From an archaeon (GTDB lineage: Archaea; Iainarchaeota; Iainarchaeia; Iainarchaeales; JANQMZ01), in assembly GCA_028279805.1 (NCBI GenBank), contig JANQMZ010000007.1, forward strand, positions 360,001-392,000: a DNA stretch of 32,000 nt, given 5' to 3'. The notes beneath the pieces were generated by a model, which saw only the letters and a list, made by a program, of their open reading frames with translations, was not told the DNA's origin and searched no databases. Made by a program: the position numbers and the translations under genes. Shown in pieces: positions 21,001 through 27,386 of this stretch. Each line of letters starts with the position of its first letter. Within the stretch, counting starts at the first letter, position 1.

Positions 21001-22120
21001 GGCTGACTATTTTGCTTCACCGGATAACAGAATCAGATTTGTAAAACAGTGGAACAAAAAAGAGGATGCAAAGCTTGCAACTCCGGGAGAATATGCGGTT
21101 GATATTGATGTAATTTTTGAAGATGACTGGAGTTTTTACAATAATGCACAGCCAAATACAAACATTACAATTGTTTTGGATAAAATACAAGAACCTGTGC
21201 CAAATTCCCCGTTTTATTATATTCCGTTTAATGGGGAAACAGGATTGGACAGCAGTAATGGAAGGCAGGGTTACGGAGTCAATTATTCAAATGAAGATGA
21301 CAAAATTTTGTTAAAAGATTTGCCTCGCCCTCTTGACACAACAAATCTGATTAATTCAAATCCGTTGTTTTTGTTAAAAACAGATGTTGAAAAAGGATTC
21401 AGGCAGGTTAATTCAATTAGTTCAACAAGAGGCATAGTTTTAACAGTTGATCAGGGTTCAAATGAAAAAGAAAAAACACTGGTGTTTGCACCAAGCTTTG
21501 CAACACCTATTACAATGCATGCAGAACAGCAAAATGTTACAGAGGAAAATTTTTCAGAATACTTTCAGTTGTTTGAAAATTCACAGGCAATAAATGTTGG
21601 CCCGGTATTAAGTTACTGGAATGGCATGGGACAATGCAAAGATTTTACAGGCGGACCAATTTCACAGGAATTTGATTATTATGCTGACAGGCAGGCAACA
21701 CAATCAGACCAAATCGGAGGATGGCAGCAGGCTTATGCAATTGACTGGCCTTTCGCAGATAAAACAGGTGATGTTTATCTATATACAACCATTTACACTC
21801 CGGCATCAAAAGATTATTTGATTGCATCCCATTCAAACAGTTCTTTGAATTTTTTCACACCAAATGAAATTGAGGCAGTACAAATATCAGCACAAGGTGT
21901 TTTGGGAATGACAGGCAATGACATGCTTGGTGCAGACAGTTTGTCATCATTACAAGAGGTGTTTGACCTGGTTGAATCTGAAACATTGTGCGTAAGCGAA
22001 AATGGCTTGAAATCAGAATTTTTCTGGAACCCTGAAAAATTATGGGAAGCCTCAGGTTCAAATGTAAGCCAGGAAAGCTTTTCAGCCGGCTTAACTGCCG
22101 GAAACAGTTGCATTGGCTGA
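15068..22120 (+). CDS. Giant membrane-anchored surface protein, copy 3 (2350 aa), paralog of the preceding ORF
   Basis: Full ORF. N-terminus MGLKEIYFEWENKWYDFLDKANEKIPIYKIIDPVDKIVPSFALFLSIIGILVLWGAFILLL closely matches copy 2, and so do the C-terminal blocks (PFYYIPFNGETGLDSSNGRQGYGVNY; FFWNPEK). Confidence 0.93.
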   Translation: MGLKEIYFEWENKWYDFLDKANEKIPIYKIIDPVDKIVPSFALFLSIIGILVLWGAFILLLPGVALTLTFEDSLGNPVSGLNVTYSFGAGTATALTNSSGMLDLRVPPNSTVEIIVEEQTVNGTGIQRKTEFFEMGEENLSRTVSLRTGSALFSGEKTLIFEDAFGIITGEPIKANFSCSDSSVEDWVKEDSDEDGRISFEVPEECERLTINVNESEYEAKTIVFSGEETQVVVLVKEMPPGGTLEVEIRDENDKIVSSDFLITVTGLDETQKQNVSYGATAFEDLIPGTYTVSVSDNSGEYSSGYVSSVVVNSGETTKTEILISKNIKGTIKVTVKDKVSGSIVENAVVQLQDELGVLITEKNTGELAETVQFLLFEGTDFQVMAKKAGDIGTGYFANIVENVKLNDNIIIEIEKMTPANTGRIKVNVTDESGKKVSGALVYLRYAEDDSIINISDSDAIGNAKETDLEGEANFLLNVFDKEVYPFAVKYPAQAGSKENARLLDEREENVFNIQMVIGESVLKIKAVDETGLLVPESFYQIFKSNGEKLVGTQTLVTGEGSYTLKADEKIFIIAENENFQSYQSNVIQLWPKQDFEITAKLLPKLLAGPPEIKFLGLFNDKKSVTTPLAGKTYSARFELTMPVGEDIDKAGVHVRAGDTKYFENDALYINNVKASNYSAVIRGKSFDSPLGENEELTEGKAKWVNIEWENPLKTTTEFEVDLTVKPDTESQEPLHLNYRAWIKTGDGKILRQPEDIVLGLGGSNATRNELYAETESALWFEGVNNLCSGEFCLDLEELFGFREQLFVEKKDVIVSSDYNYSFRIRNDSDDKYDSVEFFAESIDLDGEQDDGLLLKDYKIKTGSGNFVQGSELNGFKIDGVDLEEFSKGESITGEITLMPQKAKANHLRIWIVADKRIVFDSEEENKLIFNAEDEDVLNMEIVPETIPAFLGTELSINFTDEKDKAVENVLVSVKINAPGYSNTLNYSSNEFGNVKVNLLGRPPGTTIKITGQKTGFKLAVKEFEINPDPLTVSGKLNFSLNTQTVKEDSKEITIKNETAEDFEIIDMFLSIENVPGIEALDQGRILAHLESLEGIIVEQDSEKLLTIKAMLRQDAQQLISDNVSLDGTLTIIVKNNRFNFNHALTLDEKISIKVGATPDDIGNGCVFVEGINVPEWESSTLGSPARTQFDIINRCRSGSVPIELEKIRAKLNLGATPSGMGTVNLQIGSTTSELPPNRWVDILFAVEPEKPYSATLIFTPRATQNFLGERADFEIEWDAIVIADGKETSVEVVKDIQAEIGILDLQQCLEFDGRVVLGSFRDTTDFSIENVCNNVTLNIDLCKNDPGCKGGTTEGGIEFPDSRDRRFNLASGEQRIIEVGRGPRDIPGIYGIGIHAGVRGGNTAFRSQIKAGEIDLIVEPSPSDYFYFKNHNYDFELIGLGASDEKTLVNTMLLETPRIRANYCQLDRAAGSNTYYEESFQVATAILTVGGLSAWLPAVIAVGVAALLDLFGIGDTDCSDRSDVVPWQDFVIRLGDNIESDCGTITTDRGIIEVQGFNDFTGEWVGPAETSKIGSNLSEEIGLKFTNNSGAEFEKPTYAIGVIQAKEHIHGDSLHTWDINPGQKPHDIRGKGRLCPTFVPDSDTTTYEQKLHLRFKTKALPEEGLIAKEAQQCVSDFKVGHTGSNALPKIELNWEWGSNGIQADSCDADNPEGIYCDATQFSIALSKKINTFDEFLAANNYDFACPDNWPDIQANEAAENENNENSSQSIQNGKIGLSNLAHSLSGENATIIATIQNKGSEASTATVSMTINGPDGYSDSCDVTSGSIDSGNNANVECDFTGLKVVPDDFYSVAAQVTDSNPVEKQDSVLTRTFTNFGSSSSCWLERSTRKVGETQLIELWLNENLAQTGQYVNENNVVWTTNVSGFEALHDLLHFRAQLIRDGYTSDFRKDFAEFYTTSSFFDAPGWFASDSTGKLADYFASPDNRIRFVKQWNKKEDAKLATPGEYAVDIDVIFEDDWSFYNNAQPNTNITIVLDKIQEPVPNSPFYYIPFNGETGLDSSNGRQGYGVNYSNEDDKILLKDLPRPLDTTNLINSNPLFLLKTDVEKGFRQVNSISSTRGIVLTVDQGSNEKEKTLVFAPSFATPITMHAEQQNVTEENFSEYFQLFENSQAINVGPVLSYWNGMGQCKDFTGGPISQEFDYYADRQATQSDQIGGWQQAYAIDWPFADKTGDVYLYTTIYTPASKDYLIASHSNSSLNFFTPNEIEAVQISAQGVLGMTGNDMLGADSLSSLQEVFDLVESETLCVSENGLKSEFFWNPEKLWEASGSNVSQESFSAGLTAGNSCIG

Positions 22121-22166
22121 TTAAAAGAACAGCTATTTAAATGAGTTAATCCTATTTTTTAGCAAC

Positions 22167-22592
22167 ATGTTCGGGGAAGCAACAGCTTTATTTTCATTCG
22201 GAGAATTGTTTGCAGATTTTAATTTTGTGTTAAAAATATTTGTACTTTTAAGCATTATTTCTTTCATAAAAAACCATTTGGGCACAGGGCCATTGGCAAT
22301 AATTTTAATTTTAGGAATCGGTTACTTTGTTTTCTTTGAAGCATGGGTTTTTTTCGGAGGAATTTATGTTTTGTATATGCTGCTTGCTTTAGGTGTAAGC
22401 GGAATACTAATAGACTTTTTCTTTGTATCCGGAGGACCTGCTGGCGGAAAACCTGAAGAAGCCGGACAACAATTAAGTCCTGTTTCATCAGGTGCTGACA
22501 TTGCACGAAGACAGGCTCAGATGAAAGCAGCTCATCAGGCTCAGGCAAGACTGGGCGGAAAACCAAAGCCTCCAATGAGGCCGGGTGGTTAA
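22167..22592 (+). CDS. Small membrane protein (141 aa) with a Gly/Pro/Ala-rich soluble tail
   Basis: ORF with hydrophobic segments followed by ...GGPAGGKPEEAGQQLSPVSS...GGKPKPPMRPGG; 46 nt after giant copy 3. Confidence 0.8.
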   Translation: MFGEATALFSFGELFADFNFVLKIFVLLSIISFIKNHLGTGPLAIILILGIGYFVFFEAWVFFGGIYVLYMLLALGVSGILIDFFFVSGGPAGGKPEEAGQQLSPVSSGADIARRQAQMKAAHQAQARLGGKPKPPMRPGG

Positions 22593-22593
22593 A

Positions 22594-22914
22594 ATGAATG
22601 AACGTGGAAATTTAATTTTAATGATATTGGGTGCTTTCGTAATACTTGCATTGCTGCCACCCGTAATAATGATGGTTTTTCCTTTGGCAGATTTGCTTAT
22701 GAGAATTATTCTGGTTTTGCTAATTTTTACAACTGTCAGAGGTTATTTAGGTTCAAATGCTTTGGCGATAATTATCAGTGCTGTGTTAATTTATTTTATT
22801 GTAATAAAACATCCTTACATTTCCACAAGCATTTATGTAATATTTTTCGTATTATTAATGTTCCAGTTTTTGAGTGTCATAATCTGGGGAATAGGAACAC
22901 AAATGAGGCATTAG
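22594..22914 (+). CDS. Small polytopic membrane protein (~106 aa)
   Basis: ORF; the likely ATG at 22594 (MNERGNLILM...) follows immediately after the previous TAA, preceded by a GGGTGG-like site. The ORF track extends the start to 22585. Confidence 0.75.
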   Translation: MNERGNLILMILGAFVILALLPPVIMMVFPLADLLMRIILVLLIFTTVRGYLGSNALAIIISAVLIYFIVIKHPYISTSIYVIFFVLLMFQFLSVIIWGIGTQMRH

Positions 22915-22922
22915 GTGAATAA

Positions 22923-23309
22923 ATGAAGAGAAAAGTGGAACGCAGGAAAAATATTGAAAGGTTGCCAAAAATTCCTTTTGGAATGGAATATCAAATACAA
23001 CTTGAAACATTTGAAAAACATTTTAAGAGCATTCCATTTGATAAAGCAAAAGAAATTGCAAGAGACATTGCAGAAATTGCTTCAAACCCATGGATGTCTG
23101 AAGCTGAAGTTTTTGCCGGAATAAGAGACATTTACAAAGAAAAAGTTTTGCCCAATATTTCAAATGAAGGAGAAAAACAAAAGGCTGAGATTAGTATTAG
23201 AAGCATGGAAACCGAATACGGAAGAGCCATAACAGAAGAAAGTTTGAAGGAAATAAGCGAAACCGGAAAAGCAAGGTTAAAAAGAAGAAGAAAGCCTGAA
23301 TTGAGATAG
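22923..23309 (+). CDS. Small highly charged soluble protein (128 aa), function unknown
   Basis: ORF MKRKVERRKNIERLPKIPFGMEYQIQLETFEKHF...RLKRRRKPELR; no hydrophobic segments; inside the membrane-protein cassette. Confidence 0.75.
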   Translation: MKRKVERRKNIERLPKIPFGMEYQIQLETFEKHFKSIPFDKAKEIARDIAEIASNPWMSEAEVFAGIRDIYKEKVLPNISNEGEKQKAEISIRSMETEYGRAITEESLKEISETGKARLKRRRKPELR

Positions 23310-23355
23310 AATAGTTATTTAAACCATGGAAAAGTAAAAATATTAAGGTATTAAA

Positions 23356-23637
23356 ATGTTGGAATTTTTAAACGGGCTTTTTCCTGACATATGGGCAAAT
23401 TTTACAACAGTATTGGCAATACTTTACACAATATGGTTTTATTCCTGGATAAAAAAACACATTGGCTCTGCAAAAATTTCAGTTGTGCTTGCGGTAATAG
23501 TTGTTTACTTTGGATTCTTTACAAATCCGATATTGTTATGGGTTCCGGTAATATTATACCTGTTGGCATTTTTTGGAACAGGATTGTTTGAAAAAATTCC
23601 GGAAGGAAAAGAAAAACCCGATTATTTAAGAGACTAA
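23356..23637 (+). CDS. Small polytopic membrane protein (93 aa)
   Basis: ORF with hydrophobic segments; contains 'FYSWIKKHIGSAKISVVLAVIVVYFGFF'. Confidence 0.75.
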   Translation: MLEFLNGLFPDIWANFTTVLAILYTIWFYSWIKKHIGSAKISVVLAVIVVYFGFFTNPILLWVPVILYLLAFFGTGLFEKIPEGKEKPDYLRD

Positions 23638-23653
23638 AAAATTTGGTGTTTGA

Positions 23654-23953
23654 ATGGACAAATTTACACTGGCAATAGCAATAATAATGATAGCATTGTC
23701 ATTACAGTTTGAACAGAATTTGCTGGCAGCAGGAATAATTGTTTTGATGATAATATCCTTAAAGTCGTGGGTTGCAACAATTGTTTTAATTGGTTCACTG
23801 GCTTTTTTGTTTTTTACAAGAGAAGCAATAGGAATTTACTGGCCTTACATAATTGTGGGACTGGTGATATTGGCATTTGTTCTGGATTCAAGAGCAAAAA
23901 ATCCCGCACCAGATTACGGAGGAGGCTTCGGAGGATTAGGCGGCGGATTGTAA
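23654..23953 (+). CDS. Small polytopic membrane protein (99 aa) with a Gly-rich tail (GGGFGGLGGGL)
   Basis: ORF with several hydrophobic segments; stop at 23951-23953 is 1 nt before the next ATG. Confidence 0.75.
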   Translation: MDKFTLAIAIIMIALSLQFEQNLLAAGIIVLMIISLKSWVATIVLIGSLAFLFFTREAIGIYWPYIIVGLVILAFVLDSRAKNPAPDYGGGFGGLGGGL

Positions 23954-23954
23954 A

Positions 23955-24320
23955 ATGAAAAAATTTGCAAAACCGTTTATTGTTCTGGCTATATTTTTAC
24001 TGGCAAGCTGGTTTTTTGGTTACATATTTTTAAGTTATTTTTTCGCAGCATTGCTTTTGGTTTACACAATTTTGACCTTGTTTTTAATAACTGGAAAAAA
24101 AGGATTAAAGGAAACAAAAAAAAGTTTGAAGGAAATGGACAAACATGAAGCCCCCGGACCAAACACAAAACCATGGGGCAAAGCACTAAAACAAATTGGA
24201 GAAAAAACAGGAGAACAAATAGTCAAATCAGATGAACCATGGGGTTCCCACAGGACAGGAACAAGAATAGCAAAAGGCTCAAAAAGCCTTATAGAGCAAT
24301 TTAAAGAGTTATTTGAGTGA
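23955..24320 (+). CDS. Small membrane protein (121 aa): two N-terminal hydrophobic segments and a basic soluble tail
   Basis: ORF MKKFAKPFIVLAIFLLASWFFGYIFLSYFFAALLLVYTILTLFLITGKKGLKETKKSLKEM... Confidence 0.75.
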   Translation: MKKFAKPFIVLAIFLLASWFFGYIFLSYFFAALLLVYTILTLFLITGKKGLKETKKSLKEMDKHEAPGPNTKPWGKALKQIGEKTGEQIVKSDEPWGSHRTGTRIAKGSKSLIEQFKELFE

Positions 24321-24389
24321 AAGGCAAGTATTAAAAAGAAAAAAAGCGCTAAAATAATAACAAAGAACACTTTATAGAGTGAATAAGTT

Positions 24390-26756
24390 ATGAAAAGATT
24401 TTTTATTCTGGCAATTGTGTTAGGCCTGATTTTGCTTAACCCGGGTGTTTTCGCTTTAAATTTCAATGAAAATGTTAACGTTTCTTTAAAAGAATGGCCA
24501 AGCGGAGGAGGATTAAAGCTTTTTTTAAAAATTGAAACACAGAAACAATTTGAATGCAAAAGATGGTTGTCAGCCGAAACAAGTGTTCACGGAAATAAAA
24601 TAAATGTTAATTTAAAAAAAATATTAAATCCCACAAATAATTGTTTAAGGGAGAGGCCAGCGGTTTATTCAACAAAATTGCCTCAGCTTGAAAAAGGAGA
24701 ATATGTTTTAAACATCAATTCAGGTCTGGGTGCAGATGTTTACAATGTTTTAATTGAAAAAAACAGAATAGTTTTGAAACAAAAAAATGTAAGTTTTTCA
24801 AAAGCAATTCCTGAAATTTTTAACAGGTTTGTACAGGAAGAAGAATTAACTGAAGATATTCCGGAAGAGCCCGGATCAATGGTTGAAGTTGAAGCTGAAT
24901 CTGATTTGCCTGCTGAGCCTGAGTCTCAGCCAGAGCCGGAACTTGTTCCTTTGCCTGAACCTGTTTTGACAAAAACGCTTAAAATTGAAAGTCCTCCTGA
25001 AAACCAGAATTCGGGTGAAGATGAAACAGGACCTGAAATAAAAGATTTTTATTCAGATAATCCGCAGCCAGACGTTTATGAACTGGAAGTAACAGCCAAT
25101 GACACATTAACCGGAAATTCAGATATTGCCTTTTGTGTTGCAGAATTAATCGGAACGCAGAAAGTTTTTGATGAAACAATTGAAGATGCAATAATAAAAA
25201 GCGGTTTAATGAATCCTGTTGACGGTTTATATGATTCGCCTGTTGAAAGAGCATCAAAAAAATTTGAAATTGGATTTGAACCAAACATTGAGAATACTGT
25301 TGAAAAAGTTCAAATTCGTTGTTATGATATAAGATTAAATGAAACAATTTTTGAACAGGAACCAATTTGTGATGGAGGAACATTTGAAAATGAACAATGT
25401 GTTTTGTATGAATGCATCCGGGATTCACAATGCGGTTCAGGAGAATATTGTTCTTTCCACACAAACAAATGTGTTCAAAAAACAACTTCCTGCGTTCCCG
25501 TTATAAACACCGGAAGTTCTGAGGAAAGAGCTGACATTGTTTTTTTAGGAGACGGTTATGAAAATTATGGCGAGTTAGAACAGGATATCATGGAAATGAT
25601 TACTTTTAACGGAAATAAAAGAGGGCTATTTTCAATGTATCCTTTCAGCGGCAATAATAAAATGAAATTTAATATTTGGATGGTTCAACCGGAACAGGAA
25701 CTGGCAAGACAAGGCTGTGTGCAGATTCAGGGTTGTAAAAAAATTTTAGGAATAAAGTTTTGTGATTATAAACCGGTTTGTAAAATTGGGGACATTGATT
25801 TGAAATCAGCACCAAATGTTACAACAGGAACAAAACAGGCTTTTTCACAATGCCCTGCAGTTGATTATAAAGTAACATTGTCAAAAAACGGAAAAGGTGA
25901 TTACAGGTCATTTTGCCCTTATCAAAACCAGTCATTTAAAGTAAAAGCAAATGACGGATCTAAGGGTTATATTACTTTAAGCGAGTTAGGCTGCTTTTTG
26001 GGGCTGGATGCGGTTCAGGAAAGCCAATGGGGAAAACTATTAACACATGAATTTGGCCACCAGTTCGGAAAATTAAAAGACGAATATATGGATGAAAGGA
26101 ACACTGCTGCCGACGGCCCAAACTGTGTTGAAAATATTGAACAGGCAAGAAAAGCATGGGGGCACATGGTTGAAAATGAAACAAAAACAATTACAAAAAC
26201 ATCTGAAGGAATAATTTTAAGTGAAGAAGAATTCGGAGGAAATGAAAAAAGCCTTGTAAAAAGAGTTGAAAGAGGAAAGCTTGAGGGAATGAATTTTTAT
26301 AATATTTTTAACGGCAAAGATGTATTAACAGCAATTGACAAACCGGGAGAACAAAAAGAAAGAAGATTGGAATATTCATGGGACGGGGAAGTAGGTTATT
26401 ATGCCGGGTGTGAAGGAAAACTCCATAATATAAGGCCGACAAAAAATTCGGTAATGAATGATTTTTTCACAGGTTATGATCATGGTTTTGGTCCGGTGAA
26501 TGAAGAAGTTTTGTTAAAAGAGCTTGACAAATATACAGGAGCAATAGAAATGCTGCCGCCGGTTCCGATAGAAGTTCCGGAACAAATATTTCAACCATTA
26601 ACAATTACAAATCAAAAAAATTCTATTTCTCCATGGGAAACTCCTCAAAAAGAAAATGAACCAAAATCAACCGCATGGGACAATCCTTTTGCGAGAAAAG
26701 CACCTGAAAAAAAATCAAAAGGTTTGTTTTGGTGGGGGCACACTTTTCTGGATTAA
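24390..26756 (+). CDS. Secreted zinc metalloprotease resembling peptidase family M64 (IgA peptidase M64-like), 788 aa
   Basis: Signal peptide MKRFFILAIVLGLILLNPGVFA; HExxHxxGxxxDEY motif HEFGHQFGKLKDEY (~26046-26087) after 'ADIVFLGDGYENYGELEQDI' (M64-like start). Acidic Pro/Glu linker and Cys motif CIRDSQCGSGEYCSFHTNKC upstream. TATA-like CTTTATA ahead of the gene. Confidence 0.75.
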   Translation: MKRFFILAIVLGLILLNPGVFALNFNENVNVSLKEWPSGGGLKLFLKIETQKQFECKRWLSAETSVHGNKINVNLKKILNPTNNCLRERPAVYSTKLPQLEKGEYVLNINSGLGADVYNVLIEKNRIVLKQKNVSFSKAIPEIFNRFVQEEELTEDIPEEPGSMVEVEAESDLPAEPESQPEPELVPLPEPVLTKTLKIESPPENQNSGEDETGPEIKDFYSDNPQPDVYELEVTANDTLTGNSDIAFCVAELIGTQKVFDETIEDAIIKSGLMNPVDGLYDSPVERASKKFEIGFEPNIENTVEKVQIRCYDIRLNETIFEQEPICDGGTFENEQCVLYECIRDSQCGSGEYCSFHTNKCVQKTTSCVPVINTGSSEERADIVFLGDGYENYGELEQDIMEMITFNGNKRGLFSMYPFSGNNKMKFNIWMVQPEQELARQGCVQIQGCKKILGIKFCDYKPVCKIGDIDLKSAPNVTTGTKQAFSQCPAVDYKVTLSKNGKGDYRSFCPYQNQSFKVKANDGSKGYITLSELGCFLGLDAVQESQWGKLLTHEFGHQFGKLKDEYMDERNTAADGPNCVENIEQARKAWGHMVENETKTITKTSEGIILSEEEFGGNEKSLVKRVERGKLEGMNFYNIFNGKDVLTAIDKPGEQKERRLEYSWDGEVGYYAGCEGKLHNIRPTKNSVMNDFFTGYDHGFGPVNEEVLLKELDKYTGAIEMLPPVPIEVPEQIFQPLTITNQKNSISPWETPQKENEPKSTAWDNPFARKAPEKKSKGLFWWGHTFLD

Positions 26757-26772
26757 ACCAGGTTTAACTGCA

Positions 26773-27258
26773 TTAAAGTTTGTTTAAAATTTTTCTGTTT
26801 GCCTCTAAAACTTTTTCCATTAACTGTTTGACAGCTTTTGCATTTGCATTTGAATCGGATATGTCTTTTTTCAAATCATCAACTTTTTTTGACAAATCCT
26901 TTAATTCTTTTAAACCGGTTTCACCTGACACCGGTTTTAATTGTTCAATTTTTGAATGAATCTCGTTCATTGTTTGTTTTTGCTGTTCTAATGCAACATC
27001 TGTCTGAGTTTGCCTGAAATCATGTTCCTGTGCCTGCACATCCAGGTGTTCTTTTACTTTTTTGGCAGTGTTTTCAGCAACAACATCAGGTTCTTCCACA
27101 GATTGAGGTTCTGAAACTGAGCCAATTTTGGTTAAAAAATTCTGAGCTTCTTCCGATGACAAGCCGATGTCCTGCAACGTGGTTACAATAATTGAATCTT
27201 CAACGCCTGAATTTTTCATTTTTTTAATGGTATCCATTACCACTTTTTCATTAACCAT
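26773..27258 (-). CDS. Coiled-coil protein with an N-terminal helical 'SGVEDSIIVTTLQDIGLSSEEAQNFL' motif (161 aa from the likely ATG)
   Basis: Minus-strand ORF (track start 27324). The internal ATG at 27258 (MVNEKVVMDTIKKM...) has an upstream GGTGAGC SD-like site. Rest is heptad-rich Glu/Lys/Leu sequence. Confidence 0.7.
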   Translation of the reverse strand: MVNEKVVMDTIKKMKNSGVEDSIIVTTLQDIGLSSEEAQNFLTKIGSVSEPQSVEEPDVVAENTAKKVKEHLDVQAQEHDFRQTQTDVALEQQKQTMNEIHSKIEQLKPVSGETGLKELKDLSKKVDDLKKDISDSNANAKAVKQLMEKVLEANRKILNKL

Positions 27259-27386
27259 TTGCTCACCGGAAAACAACGTAATATGCGTTAAACAATATTT
27301 AATGCTTTTGAATAAAGCAAACAATAGAATTATTTAAATCTTAACCTTTTTTATTGTTTTAATCACAATAATATGCACTGATTCAA

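Noticed and set aside
16-22113. Dozens of 60-294 aa minus-strand and alternate-frame ORFs under the giant genes (e.g. 9352..9996 -, 10069..10953 -, 11553..11948 -)
   Set aside because: They lie wholly inside long well-supported genes, have biased Leu/Phe/Ser/His-rich composition typical of antisense translation, lack recognisable domains and lack independent start signals.
21-22120. Rhs, CDI or polymorphic-toxin interpretation of the giant proteins
   Set aside because: No YD repeats, no RHS-core or PxxxxDPxG motif, no variable nuclease-like C-terminus, no adjacent immunity gene. The C-termini are conserved among paralogs rather than variable.
22167-24320. Type IV pilus, archaellum or VirB2-like pilin cluster
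   Set aside because: No class III signal peptide (GxxxxE cleavage pattern before a hydrophobic helix), no adjacent secretion ATPase or platform protein; the proteins are polytopic rather than single-helix pilins.
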